This document shows, in pieces, positions 10,045 to 19,860 of a DNA stretch of 64,000 nucleotides. The notes beneath the pieces were generated by a model. That model was not told the DNA's origin. It worked only from the letters and a program-made list of their open reading frames with translations, and made no database searches. The position numbers and the translations under genes were made by a program. The stretch comes from a virus. Every line of letters starts with the position of its first letter. The stretch's first letter is position 1. The DNA lies in the IMG/VR virus record IMGVR_UViG_3300045988_063132, positions 38,776 to 102,775 of that record, one strand, 5' to 3'.

Positions 10045-10620
10045 GTGGAATCAACCACGGAATCAAAAAAGGAATTTAAAATGGATAAATCAGTTATTTT
10101 GGCATCACAGTGTGGTGCATCATTAGGTAAATATATTCTCACTATAGAGAAGAACTCAGTAGATCCGAATTATTCACGGAAAGTACAGAATAATGAATTA
10201 CGGACTAGTCAGCAGATTAATCTGTATTCAATTAAACCTATTAAGGTTAAAATGGCTCAGGAAGTAGAAAGTGCTGAAGGCACTAAATTTGTAGAGTATA
10301 ACGGCGATTCGAAGTTACGGCTTCAGATTTCCGGTATTAACGACATTGCGGATATTATCCCGAAGCCCAACGCAGAAAGCGTAAAGAATGCGATTACTCG
10401 GTTCGAATCAACCGGTGAGATTACAATCTTTATTGATTATCCTCAGTTGACAAAAGAAATAGTTGCTCTGAATATGGAATCACGGGCTAAACTTACAGCG
10501 TTTGTCAACGAACAGATGCGGTTCATTAAAACATTTGAAACTGCAAACGAAACTGAAATTGCTGCTTGTAAGACGGCAATGGCCGCTGAAGGTATCGAAA
10601 TTAACAATTATTTCGGATAA
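10045..10620 (+). CDS. hypothetical protein (GTG at 10045 or ATG at 10081)
   Basis: 191-aa ORF. CCGTAGG lies immediately 5' of the GTG and is followed by a small gtgg/ccac hairpin. Confidence 0.45.
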   Translation: MESTTESKKEFKMDKSVILASQCGASLGKYILTIEKNSVDPNYSRKVQNNELRTSQQINLYSIKPIKVKMAQEVESAEGTKFVEYNGDSKLRLQISGINDIADIIPKPNAESVKNAITRFESTGEITIFIDYPQLTKEIVALNMESRAKLTAFVNEQMRFIKTFETANETEIAACKTAMAAEGIEINNYFG

Positions 10621-10628
10621 AGTAAACT

Positions 10629-11120
10629 ATGAGTACGCCTTTAACGAAAGAAGCGTTCCTAGACCTTCAGCATATGTTTGCTGATAAAGACTTTATATCT
10701 TTGCTATTTATGGATGAGAAAGAAATAGCTAGATATATTCATGTCGAAAAAGACGGTAGTGTAACGTTAGGCAGAACAAAATACAAATTTATCAATAGAC
10801 TCTTTAAAGATGAGAAAGTATTGAGTACTAATGATATTTGTTTACGGCTTATTAAAGTCATTACTGGAAAAGGAGGAACGCGAAACAATGAAGCTTTTGA
10901 TTGTCTTGTAAAAGATTTTACTAAAGCTTTAGATAAAGGAGATTACTCCTATGCTATTACTCGGATATTTATTGGTTATCGTCTAGGATATCTAAACGAT
11001 GTTGCAGCAATGCAAGCTTCTTCGGAAAAAGGTGAGGTAAGACTTCCGAATAAGCGAGTATTGGTACAAGATGGTTTCGGAGATTTCTATGCGATTAAAA
11101 TAGGTAAGTATCCTAGTTAA
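10629..11120 (+). CDS. hypothetical protein
   Basis: 163-aa ORF. No motif recognised. Confidence 0.45.
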   Translation: MSTPLTKEAFLDLQHMFADKDFISLLFMDEKEIARYIHVEKDGSVTLGRTKYKFINRLFKDEKVLSTNDICLRLIKVITGKGGTRNNEAFDCLVKDFTKALDKGDYSYAITRIFIGYRLGYLNDVAAMQASSEKGEVRLPNKRVLVQDGFGDFYAIKIGKYPS

Positions 11121-11221
11121 TTAAAGTTGACTATTCTAAAGTAATAAGAGTATTGAATGTATAATAGCAGATGTAACGCAAACAATATAGAAAATATAAT
11201 TATTACTTTTCAAGATATATC

Positions 11222-11262
11222 AAAGGACTTGCAGATGTAAGTCAAGTCCTTTCTCTTATATC
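11222..11262 (+). terminator. intrinsic terminator-like hairpin
   Basis: The 10-bp stem is aaaggacttg/caagtccttt with an 11-nt loop. T-rich ctcttatatcttat follows. Confidence 0.5.
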
Positions 11263-11422
11263 TTATAAGGCTATGATAATGTATCTGTAATGGATACTAA
11301 GTGAAGGAAAGCTTCAAGAATAAGACGAAGATGTCATATCGGGATGAACATAGCCACAAAGTACAGGTAGTTGATCATATTTGAGTATACTTTTATGTTT
11401 AATCAATTAAAATCAAAAGTAT

Positions 11423-11926
11423 ATGAAAAAAATTAAATCAACTGAAATTATTGAAAATCGTAAGAAGTATGACAAAGAGATCAAAAAGATGTGGAATATT
11501 ATTCGTACTGAAAATTTGATCGATAAAAACGCTACACGAAATTACGATATGAAAGCATTGTTGGATACAATTACAGAGATGTCCAATAATCGAATTCAGA
11601 CCAAGCTGGATTCAATTGCTATTAATCTAGGTTTTAAGAGTCGTAAAGACTTTCCTAAAGAAAGTATTTATCCTATTATTTATACTCTATCTGAAAAGAA
11701 TGAGTATTTAGTTCAGTTGGGATCTATTCCGACTATTAATCCTGGTTTAAAAGCTAAACTTGGTAAAAAGAAATTGTTTAAAACTGAAGAAATCACTGCA
11801 GATTATATTACTAAACTAAAGAATAAACTGCAGCTGGAAATCAATGCTCTGAAGAAGAAGCTTGAAGATTTCAACAGTAATGCTGAAATAGATATATCTA
11901 CTGCATATATGTATTTAGCAGCATAA
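11423..11926 (+). CDS. hypothetical protein
   Basis: 167-aa ORF. No motif recognised. Confidence 0.45.
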   Translation: MKKIKSTEIIENRKKYDKEIKKMWNIIRTENLIDKNATRNYDMKALLDTITEMSNNRIQTKLDSIAINLGFKSRKDFPKESIYPIIYTLSEKNEYLVQLGSIPTINPGLKAKLGKKKLFKTEEITADYITKLKNKLQLEINALKKKLEDFNSNAEIDISTAYMYLAA

Positions 11927-12029
11927 GGTAAACTGGTCTCCGTAAGTTATTTTTAAAGTTCAGCATCTCTATTTATAACTGTGAACTATTCTAATAGCAT
12001 AAAGTAACATTAAAATAACGAGTGGCAAG

Positions 12030-12054
12030 TGGGGTTCGAATCCCCGGAGACCAA
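12030..12054 (+). ncRNA. tRNA-like T-arm plus 3' acceptor strand fragment (tgggg-ttcgaat-ccccg-gagacca-a)
   Basis: The T-loop is canonical (TTCGAAT) with a 5-bp stem. The only complementary 5' acceptor strand (tggtctc) is about 96 nt upstream at 11934-11940. No canonical cloverleaf can be drawn. Confidence 0.3.
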
Positions 12055-12097
12055 CAAGTCTCGAAATATTAATATTAACATTTTAAAAAGTAAAGTC

Positions 12098-13441
12098 ATG
12101 AAAAAAGATATCAAATCTCAAACAATTGACAATTCTACCAAAAAATATCCGGTAGAAAGTAAAACATGGAAGTCTGATGTATGTCAGGCTTTGAAATTAG
12201 GTTATAAAGTAGAAGCTTTAAATGAAGAGCAAGCCGAATATATTAAGAAGATTGAAACTAAGCTTGCAGAAAAGGCTGCAAAAGCCAAAGTAAAAGAAGA
12301 GATGAAACAAACTCTTCTGAAAAAGATGTCAGATATAATGAAAGCTAAGAAAGCAGCAATTATATCTGCAGCCAATGATCTAGCTGATAGAATTATTCTT
12401 CGTGCCATTGAGAAAGAAGAGCAGAAGAAGAAATTCGATGAAACCGACAAGAAAATTAAGGAGAAAGTCAAGAAGGATAAAATGGCAATAGCTGAAAAGA
12501 AACGTAAACGTAAAGCAGAATTACGTAATAAAACTATTCCTAGTCCTGAAGCTATAGCTAATGCTAAGAAACAACAAGATTTTCTTGCAAAAGCTCATGC
12601 CGCTAAACGTGAAGAGATTGAAGCTCGTCTCGATGAGAAAGAAAATTTCATGAATCAATCTGCAGAAGAATGGAGTAAAAAACATGAAGAACGTATTAAA
12701 CGTAATACGGAACTTGCTCTCAAACGATTGCATCACAAAGAGATTAAGCTCAAACGTACTACAAAAGCTGAAAGAATTGAAGCAATTAAAGCTAAGAAAG
12801 AAGCTGGTAAAGCAGCTTTCAATGCTGAAATGAAACGTCAAGCTTCAGAAATTGCAGCAGACCGTCAAGGTTATGCTAATCGCGTAGAGAAACGTAGACG
12901 TACTGAAACAGAACGTCTTGCAATGATTGCAGAGCGTAGAAAACTACGTAAAGATAAGATTTTTACAGAACATCTTAAACAACAAAAGATTCAGCAATTG
13001 AATCTTAAACGTTTTATAGAGTCTGAAAAAGCTCGTCTAGCACGAAAAGAAGAAAAACGTGCCAAGTATCTTACTACGGGTGGAATAAAAGTTCCCAAAG
13101 TAAAGAACAATGTTGCTATAGATAAAACTAGAGCAGAAGAATATATTAAAGTTGCTGAAACAAAAATGAAAGATGAAAAAGAACGTTATATAATACGTAT
13201 TGCATCAATTGCTTCATCAGAAATTGTAAGTGATTCTGTTTGTGCATTCATTTGTAAACCAGAAGAACTTAATAAACGTATGAAAGAAGTTCATAACAAA
13301 CATATGAAAGAAGAACCCGATACATATGTAGGTATTTATGCTTACTCTGGCATCGGTAAAGATCAGAAATGTGTAAGTGAGATGCTAAACGATAAGTTTA
13401 AGGATCGTAGTAGACTTAATCCGAAAAATGAAGCAGCATAA
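12098..13441 (+). CDS. hyper-charged Lys/Glu/Arg-rich coiled-coil protein
   Basis: The ORF track starts at a GTG inside the T-arm element. The first ATG is at 12098 (MKKDIKSQ). About 60% of residues are K/E/R/A, in long predicted coiled coils. Confidence 0.5.
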   Translation: MKKDIKSQTIDNSTKKYPVESKTWKSDVCQALKLGYKVEALNEEQAEYIKKIETKLAEKAAKAKVKEEMKQTLLKKMSDIMKAKKAAIISAANDLADRIILRAIEKEEQKKKFDETDKKIKEKVKKDKMAIAEKKRKRKAELRNKTIPSPEAIANAKKQQDFLAKAHAAKREEIEARLDEKENFMNQSAEEWSKKHEERIKRNTELALKRLHHKEIKLKRTTKAERIEAIKAKKEAGKAAFNAEMKRQASEIAADRQGYANRVEKRRRTETERLAMIAERRKLRKDKIFTEHLKQQKIQQLNLKRFIESEKARLARKEEKRAKYLTTGGIKVPKVKNNVAIDKTRAEEYIKVAETKMKDEKERYIIRIASIASSEIVSDSVCAFICKPEELNKRMKEVHNKHMKEEPDTYVGIYAYSGIGKDQKCVSEMLNDKFKDRSRLNPKNEAA

Positions 13442-13475
13442 TATACAACAGGGGTGCGTCTGTAACGCACAATAT

Positions 13476-13547
13476 AGCGGGATGGCGCAAAGGTAGCGCG
13501 TAGCTTTCACGAGGCTGAGGTTGGTAGTTCGAATCTATCTCCCGCAA
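13476..13547 (+). tRNA. tRNA, anticodon CAC (Val by anticodon), no encoded CCA
   Basis: A full cloverleaf was drawn by hand. The acceptor pairs agcggga with tcccgca (A1-A72 mismatch). U8 is present. The D-stem is gcgc/gcgc with loop aaaggta. The anticodon stem is tagct/ggctg with loop ttCACga. The T-arm is ggtag-ttcgaat-ctatc. Confidence 0.6.
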
Positions 13548-13565
13548 CTAATTAACCGTAGTACT

Positions 13566-15476
13566 ATGAAAATTAAAGGAAAGACTTGCGTAGTCTTTGA
13601 TATTGAAGTTTTAAAGAACGTATTTACTTGTACTTGTAAGAATACTGAAACAAAACAGATTACAGTATTTGAAATATCTCCAAGAAGAGTAGATATACAA
13701 GGATTAGTTACATTCTTTTATGAAGATTATTATTTTGTAGGTTATAATAATATACATTATGATAATCCTATACTAAACTATATTATAATGCTATATAATA
13801 AACATTATTTTAATAGTTATAGTACTAGAGAATTAACTGAATCAATATTTAGAATGAGTCAATTAGTAATTGATAAAAATTCTGATTTTGATTTATGGAA
13901 AGAGTATAAATACGCTAGAAACTTCTTATCAATAGATCTATTAACAATGTTATATTCTAAAGCTTTACGAGTATCTTTAAAAGAGATGCAAGTAACAATG
14001 CAATATAAGAATGTAGAAGAATTCGTAGTAGATTGGCATCAAGATCTTCCTGAAAAGGATATAGATAGATTAATATCATATAATATAAATGATGTAGAAT
14101 CTACTGAAGAATTACTATATAGATGCGAAAGTGATCTAAATCTAAGAGTAGCTATTGAAGAAGAATATAAGATAAATTGTCTAAGTTTAGATGGTGTAAA
14201 TACTGGTATGAAGATTCTTGAACAAGAATATATTAAACATACTGGTATTTCTAAAGAAAAATTAGAACAATTAAGGAGTCCTTGTGATCAAATAGATCTA
14301 GAGAAAGTAATATTTCCCTGGATTGAATTTGATAGTCCTATATTACAGAATCTATTAAAAGAAATGAAACAACTACATAATGTATCACCAGGAAGAAAAG
14401 GATATGAAAATACCTTTATTTTTGGAGATATGAAAGTAACTGTAGGTGTTGGTGGTATTCATGGAGATCGTGGTATAGAAATTATTAAACCACGAGAAGA
14501 CGAATTATTATTAGATTCTGACGTTAGTTCTCTATATCCTAGTATGATTATAGAACATAATTTATATCCACCACATTTAGGTAAAGAATTCTTAGAGACT
14601 TACTCTAGTATTCGTACAAGAAGATTGAACGCTAAGAAGAATAAGAATAAAGTAGTAGATAAAACACTTAAATTATCATTAAATGGTTTAAGTGGTAACT
14701 TACAGAATGAACATTCTTGGTGTTATAGCCCATTTACTGTAATGCAAATTAGAATTAATGGACAATTACTACTTTTAAAGCTCTCTGAGAGACTTTTATC
14801 CATTGGATGTAAGTTACATCAGATTAATACTGATGGTGTCTTATATACGTGTAAAAAGACTAAATATGAAGAACTACAAAAGATATTAAAAGAATGGGAA
14901 GACTTAACTAAATTAAAATTAGAAACGGAAGAGTTTACTCAATTCTATCAATTAGCTATTAACGATTACTTTGGATTATCTCCAGAAGGACACATTAAAG
15001 AAAAAGGATATTTCCTTACAGAAATTACTTTAGGAAAAGGTTTATCTCCAAAGATAATTCCAGAAGCTATTATTAATTATTTTATACATAATATTCCAGT
15101 AGAAGATACTATTAAATTTTGTAAAGATATACGTAAATTCTTACAAGCTGAAAAGACAGGAAAACAATGGACAGTTGAATATAATGAACAAATTCAACAA
15201 AGAACCAATCGTTTTTACGTTAGTAATAGTGGATACTATTTATGGAAATGGAAATTAGATGATACTGGTAAGAAGTCTTATCAAATAATGTTAAAAGATC
15301 ATGGAGTAAGATTACATAATAAATTTTATTCTGATGAAGATCTTCAATGGAAATACTCTCAAGGAGAGACATTCCAAAGTATTTATGATATAGATTATCA
15401 GTATTATATTAATCAATGTATAAAAGTAATTGAAAAACTAAAACCAAAGCAGTTAAATCTGTTTAATTTTGACTAA
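13566..15476 (+). CDS. family B DNA polymerase (compact, ~636 aa)
   Basis: Exo I is FDIEV and Exo II is YNINDV. Motif A is DSDVSSLYPSMI, motif B is KLSLNGLSG and the motif C variant is INTDGVLY. The start is set at ATG 13566, because the track start at 13521 overlaps the tRNA. Confidence 0.8.
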   Translation: MKIKGKTCVVFDIEVLKNVFTCTCKNTETKQITVFEISPRRVDIQGLVTFFYEDYYFVGYNNIHYDNPILNYIIMLYNKHYFNSYSTRELTESIFRMSQLVIDKNSDFDLWKEYKYARNFLSIDLLTMLYSKALRVSLKEMQVTMQYKNVEEFVVDWHQDLPEKDIDRLISYNINDVESTEELLYRCESDLNLRVAIEEEYKINCLSLDGVNTGMKILEQEYIKHTGISKEKLEQLRSPCDQIDLEKVIFPWIEFDSPILQNLLKEMKQLHNVSPGRKGYENTFIFGDMKVTVGVGGIHGDRGIEIIKPREDELLLDSDVSSLYPSMIIEHNLYPPHLGKEFLETYSSIRTRRLNAKKNKNKVVDKTLKLSLNGLSGNLQNEHSWCYSPFTVMQIRINGQLLLLKLSERLLSIGCKLHQINTDGVLYTCKKTKYEELQKILKEWEDLTKLKLETEEFTQFYQLAINDYFGLSPEGHIKEKGYFLTEITLGKGLSPKIIPEAIINYFIHNIPVEDTIKFCKDIRKFLQAEKTGKQWTVEYNEQIQQRTNRFYVSNSGYYLWKWKLDDTGKKSYQIMLKDHGVRLHNKFYSDEDLQWKYSQGETFQSIYDIDYQYYINQCIKVIEKLKPKQLNLFNFD

Positions 15477-15527
15477 TATTAACAAAAACTATCATACTCT
15501 AGAACAGATGAATTAAATTAATTCATT

Positions 15528-16088
15528 ATGATACTAGAAATAGATACAAGTCTATTAAAAAAGATAGACAATCTTTCATTAAGTCAGCTAGTATTTTTAA
15601 ATCTTGTATTAGACAATAATCAAAAATCTATCAAAGAGGTCAAAGACATCGTTAGCCAGGTCAGCGACAATGATATACAAGATTTAATCAACAGAGGATT
15701 TCTTATTAGAGAAGAAAAAGCTAAAAAAGTTTCTTATAAAGAAACTGAACTATTAGTAAATATTATTACTGGTAATGCAGATTTATTTGAAGAATTTAAG
15801 AAGCATTATCCTATAGTAGTAATAAGACCTGATGGTACTAAAGGCTTTTTACAAGGTAATTCAAAGAAATGTAGAACTTTATATAATAAGATCATTAAAA
15901 ATGATATTATTTTACATAATCATATTATTCAATGTTTGGAGAAAGAAGTATCTGACAAACTTATGAGTGGTAAAATAGGTTATATGAAGACTATGTGGAA
16001 ATGGCTTACTAACTCTGAATGGGAAATTTATGAAGAACAAATTAATGAACCAATAAAAGATAATCTCTATGGAACAGAACTTATCTAG
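15528..16088 (+). CDS. hypothetical protein
   Basis: 186-aa ORF in the replication block. No motif recognised. Confidence 0.4.
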   Translation: MILEIDTSLLKKIDNLSLSQLVFLNLVLDNNQKSIKEVKDIVSQVSDNDIQDLINRGFLIREEKAKKVSYKETELLVNIITGNADLFEEFKKHYPIVVIRPDGTKGFLQGNSKKCRTLYNKIIKNDIILHNHIIQCLEKEVSDKLMSGKIGYMKTMWKWLTNSEWEIYEEQINEPIKDNLYGTELI

Positions 16089-17025
16089 TCCCTTACCATT
16101 TAAACATATATCTGTGGCTGCTGATGAAGCGGTTACCTATATAAAACAGCGTAAGAATCATGAAATTGAACCACTCAAAAGTAGGTGGAATAAATTCAAT
16201 TTTATGTGCTGTGGTGGTATTGAACCAGGATGCGTTTATACTATAGTAGGTGCTTCTGGTACTGGTAAATCATCATTTGTAAATACGCTTGAAACTGACT
16301 TAATTGAACTTAATCCTGATAAGGAATTAGTTGTATTATCATTTTCTTTTGAAATGCTCTCTAGTAGACAAGTAGGAAGAAAGCTATCTAATAAGTTGCG
16401 TCACACAACTTCAGAGCTGTATAGTGCATCAGAAGATGTTTCTGATAGTTTACTACAGGATATTGAAAAAGAAGTAGAAGTTATTAAACAATATCCCATC
16501 TACTATGTAGATGAATCAGCTACAGTAAGTAAGATAGAAGATACTATAACTTATTTTCAAAATACGATTGCAAAAGATAAATGGCTTATCGTATTTCTAG
16601 ATCATACATTATTGGTCGAAGGAAATGATACTAATGATGAGCGTAAAATTATAGCTGCATTAGAAAGAGTATTTATTAGAGCTAAGAAAGTTGGTAAAAC
16701 AAGTATAATTCAACTTTCTCAAATGAATCGTAATATTGAAATGCCTGAAAGGATTATAAATCCATCAAGTCATTATCCTATGAGAAGTGACTTATCATCC
16801 TCAGATTCTGTATTTCAAGGTAGTGATGTTATAGCAGTTTTATCAAGACCTGAAACATTAGGTATTACTGCATACGGACCGTCACGATTACCTGTACAAA
16901 ATAAAGTATATCTACACTTTTTAAAAGTTAGAGAAGGCAAATTAGCCATACTTGAATATGAGAACGATCTGCAATATAACAACTTAATTGAAGTAGATAG
17001 ATCTGAGAATAAACCACAGTATTAA
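16069..17025 (+). CDS. DnaB-family (SF4) replicative helicase, RecA-like domain
   Basis: Walker A (GASGTGKSS), H2 (IVFLDHTLL), H3 (IIQLSQMNRN) and H4 (VLSRPE) are present. Confidence 0.6.
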   Translation: MEQNLSSPLPFKHISVAADEAVTYIKQRKNHEIEPLKSRWNKFNFMCCGGIEPGCVYTIVGASGTGKSSFVNTLETDLIELNPDKELVVLSFSFEMLSSRQVGRKLSNKLRHTTSELYSASEDVSDSLLQDIEKEVEVIKQYPIYYVDESATVSKIEDTITYFQNTIAKDKWLIVFLDHTLLVEGNDTNDERKIIAALERVFIRAKKVGKTSIIQLSQMNRNIEMPERIINPSSHYPMRSDLSSSDSVFQGSDVIAVLSRPETLGITAYGPSRLPVQNKVYLHFLKVREGKLAILEYENDLQYNNLIEVDRSENKPQY

Positions 17026-17033
17026 TTTAATTT

Positions 17034-17558
17034 TTGGCTAACATGACTACAACATTTTTGAATAAAAAGGGTAACAATAATAACTTTAACTTTAACACTT
17101 ACGATTTCTTGAATCCGTATTACGAGAAAATCAGTAAGAAAAAAGATGATAATTATATTGATAATCTTCTGACAAAAGCCTTTAAGAATCTGGTTCCTTG
17201 GGCAAAGAAAGAAGATAAGAAAGATAGTATTTATATCATCTTCGGTGATGAACCGACGAAGAAATATACGTTTGAGAAGCCGAGTTTTACAATTACAAAT
17301 ATTTCTCCTACTTCTCTGAATCTGGAATGGAATAAAGCAGCTACACATTTGTTAGAATGTGTATATTATACTAATAATCCTACTTATGATTTTATTATCT
17401 GTGATACACCAATTAAAATTCATGGTAATTATATTCAGGTAGGTTCAGAAATTATTCCGACATTCACTCGTTCTGATTTCTTTACAACTATGAAGAAAGA
17501 AGATCAGATTAATATTTATAATATTGCAGTAGAAATTAACGCTATTTTTGCTGCGTAA
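17034..17558 (+). CDS. hypothetical protein
   Basis: 174-aa ORF. No motif recognised. Confidence 0.4.
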   Translation: MANMTTTFLNKKGNNNNFNFNTYDFLNPYYEKISKKKDDNYIDNLLTKAFKNLVPWAKKEDKKDSIYIIFGDEPTKKYTFEKPSFTITNISPTSLNLEWNKAATHLLECVYYTNNPTYDFIICDTPIKIHGNYIQVGSEIIPTFTRSDFFTTMKKEDQINIYNIAVEINAIFAA

Positions 17559-17576
17559 TTGTTAACAAAACTTTTC

Positions 17577-17625
17577 AGATTCTTTCAAATTTTATCAAAT
17601 TCTTTCGTAACTTATCAAATTATAT
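17577..17625 (+). repeat. three to four direct repeats of TCAAATT(T/C)
   Basis: The sequence reads ctttcaaatttta-tcaaattctttcgtaactta-tcaaattatatc in the intergenic region upstream of the ATPase gene. Confidence 0.4.
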
Positions 17626-17649
17626 CTGGAAAGGTAAAAATATCTTAAT

Positions 17650-17965
17650 ATGATAGTATTACCTACAGAAAAAGTAAAAGCAAAAGTAAATAATCCTAGA
17701 TTTTTGATTATTTACGGTCGACCTAAAACTGGTAAAACTAGTTGTGTAGCAGCTCTAGAGAATAATTTAATTATTGATCTAGAAGGTGGCTCTGAATTCT
17801 TAGATGCATTAGCAGTACAAGCAAGAACTGTTAATGATTTCGCTGAAATTGCAAATGCAATCAGAGAAAAGATCAAAGAAACAGGCAAAAAGCCCTATAA
17901 GTATATTACTATAGATAATGCTACACGACTAGAAGAAATATGTCTATCTTACGCAGGTACGCTCT
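17650..17965 (+). CDS. Sak4-like (AAA_24) recombination ATPase, exon 1 (Walker A and Walker B region)
   Basis: Matches include LIIYGRPKTGKTS, LIIDLEGG and YITIDNAT. The frame is terminated by an intron-borne stop straight after the predicted 5' splice site. Confidence 0.55.
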
Positions 17966-18800
17966 AAATTTATGGAGCGCTATTTAGTAATGAATAGTGT
18001 AAAAGCTTTCTAATTTCTGGAACATTTTACCTTTAAGTACGTTAAAGATACATTTAAAGTAAAAGGTAAAACAATCAGAAGCGAAGCAATGAAAGAAAAA
18101 ACATTAAATAAATATATTGGTAAAACTCATGGTGTATTAACTGTTATAGATTTAGACCATGAAACTTATGATAAAGAAAAACAAAGAAAACGAACTTATT
18201 TTAAATGCAAATGTAATAAATGTGGTAATATAACTATAGTAAGATCAGATAAATTAACTACTAAATATTGGATACCAAAGTGTTGTAATAATTGTGTCAA
18301 TCAACAACAACACGAAACGGCAATAAAATTACATGAAAACGGTATTCCTAGTTATTTTAAAAAAAGAATTAGTTCTATTAAAGGAAATGCAAAAAGTAGA
18401 AATATAAATATGCAATTAACTAATAATGAAATTTATAACATTATTCAAAAACCATGTTTCTATTGTAAAGAAAAAGAAGCATATGGAATAGATAGAATTG
18501 ATTCTACAAAAGATTATACTATAGATAATTGTGTACCTTGTTGTTTTATTTGCAATCGTATAAAAAATAAATATTCAATAGGTGTTTTTCTAGATAAAAT
18601 AAGTAAAATATATAATAATTTTTTCATTGAACGTTCAACGACTATCCCGAAAGGGAGTACATTACAAGCTAATGGTAATGGAAACGGAAGCATTCCTACT
18701 ATTAATTAATAGGGAATATGATATAGTCTAATCTATATGGTGACATATAGCAGTTCATAAGAGAACGTATACAAATTTGCGAATTGTATAGAATATAATG
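17966..18800 (+). mobile_element. group I intron with HNH homing endonuclease ORF (boundaries approximate at the 3' end)
   Basis: P1 pairs exon cgctcU (17960-17965) with intron Ggagcg (17974-17979), giving a U-G at the splice site. A P-like element (taatttctggaac) is near 18010. A Q-like element (aatcagaagc) is near 18076. The R element gttcaacgacta is at 18633-18644. The S element atgatatagtct is at 18718-18729. An omega-G sits at 18800. P10 pairs intron tttat with exon-2 ataaa. Confidence 0.6.
18089..18709 (+). CDS. HNH homing endonuclease (intron-encoded)
   Basis: It has Cys-rich zinc-finger pairs and the HNH-type motif GIDRIDSTKDYTIDNCVPCCFICN. Its 3' end overlaps the R element. Confidence 0.65.
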   Translation: MKEKTLNKYIGKTHGVLTVIDLDHETYDKEKQRKRTYFKCKCNKCGNITIVRSDKLTTKYWIPKCCNNCVNQQQHETAIKLHENGIPSYFKKRISSIKGNAKSRNINMQLTNNEIYNIIQKPCFYCKEKEAYGIDRIDSTKDYTIDNCVPCCFICNRIKNKYSIGVFLDKISKIYNNFFIERSTTIPKGSTLQANGNGNGSIPTIN

Positions 18801-19228
18801 ATAAAGCTCAACCTCAAGGAAAATCTTGGCAAGGTACTGATGTTAGATTGCTTCCACAAGGAGCAGGATATCAATATATTAGACTTGCTGTAAGAAAAGT
18901 TATCGATATGTTTAAAGAACTTACTGATAACTTAATTCTTATTGGTCATACTAAGGATAAAATGATTAATAAGAATGGTGAGGATATGACAGAAATGTCC
19001 TTAGATCTTGTAGGTAAACTAGGAGATATTATATGTGGAGAAGCTGATGCAGTAGGTTTTATGTATCGAAAAGGTAATGAAACAATTATTAATTTCGATA
19101 GTAAAGATGAAACTACAAAAGGAGCAAGAGCACCACATTTGCGTGAGCAAAAAATAGTAATTGCAGAAAGCAATGAAAACAATGAATTAGTATTTCATTG
19201 GGACAGAATTTATTTACCAGAAGTTTAA
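18801..19228 (+). CDS. Sak4-like (AAA_24) ATPase, exon 2
   Basis: The frame is open from 18761. It contains LILIGHTK, typical of AAA_24 downstream of Walker B. The predicted junction reads ...SYAGTL-Y-KAQPQGKSWQG... Confidence 0.5.
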
Positions 19229-19248
19229 GTTAACCAAAATTAAAGAGT

Positions 19249-19860
19249 ATGTATAGTTCCGAAAGAGCCAAGACTATTGTAAAGAAAGACGTAGCACACT
19301 TGTCAGCAGGTATTGAAGATAACGTAATGTTAACTGCAGTAAGATTTGATAAATCTATTAATGGTAATAGTTTTATTGAATTTAAGTTTGAAAAAGAAGG
19401 TAAATTGCTGACGCATACTGAGTGGGAACCTTCTAAGAGATCTGATGAAACTGAAGAAAGTTTTCAGAATAAATGTGATAATCAATTTTCAAGAATTGAA
19501 CAAATTTTGAAATGTTATTATCCTAATGCTGAAGATCGTAAATTTATCGGTGAAAACTTCACTCAGTTTGCTCAATGGGTAACAGAAATGCTGAATAAAG
19601 CAGATTTGACTACGCCATTAAGAGTTAAAATTGTATACAATAATAGTGGTTATACTACATTACCAAAGTATGCAAAGTATACGTTTATTGAACCAATGTC
19701 TTTGGTAAACGAAAATAAATCTGTTATTGTAAAATTAGGTATCGATCAATTCGAGAAGCCTATTGTAGCAGATTTAGAAAAATCTAATCCAAGTCCTTTC
19801 TCTATGGGAAGTTCTATGGATGAAAATAACAGCGCCGATCCTAATGGATTGCCGTTTTAA
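19249..19860 (+). CDS. putative single-stranded DNA-binding protein
   Basis: The acidic C-terminal tail ends in ...DENNSADPNGLPF, resembling the SSB tail DDDIPF. The gene is next to the Sak4-like ATPase. Confidence 0.4.
   Translation: MYSSERAKTIVKKDVAHLSAGIEDNVMLTAVRFDKSINGNSFIEFKFEKEGKLLTHTEWEPSKRSDETEESFQNKCDNQFSRIEQILKCYYPNAEDRKFIGENFTQFAQWVTEMLNKADLTTPLRVKIVYNNSGYTTLPKYAKYTFIEPMSLVNENKSVIVKLGIDQFEKPIVADLEKSNPSPFSMGSSMDENNSADPNGLPF

Noticed and set aside
11934-12054. The tRNA 3'-half elements as phage attP sites for tRNA-targeted integration.
   Set aside because: No integrase or recombinase gene is present in the window, so this remains untestable here.
12029-12097. ORF-track start codons at 12029, 13521 and 20026, which lie inside T-arm or tRNA elements.
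   Set aside because: These are GTG or upstream in-frame extensions. Proper ATG starts (12098, 13566 and 20113) lie just downstream, and the extensions would translate through tRNA-like structures.
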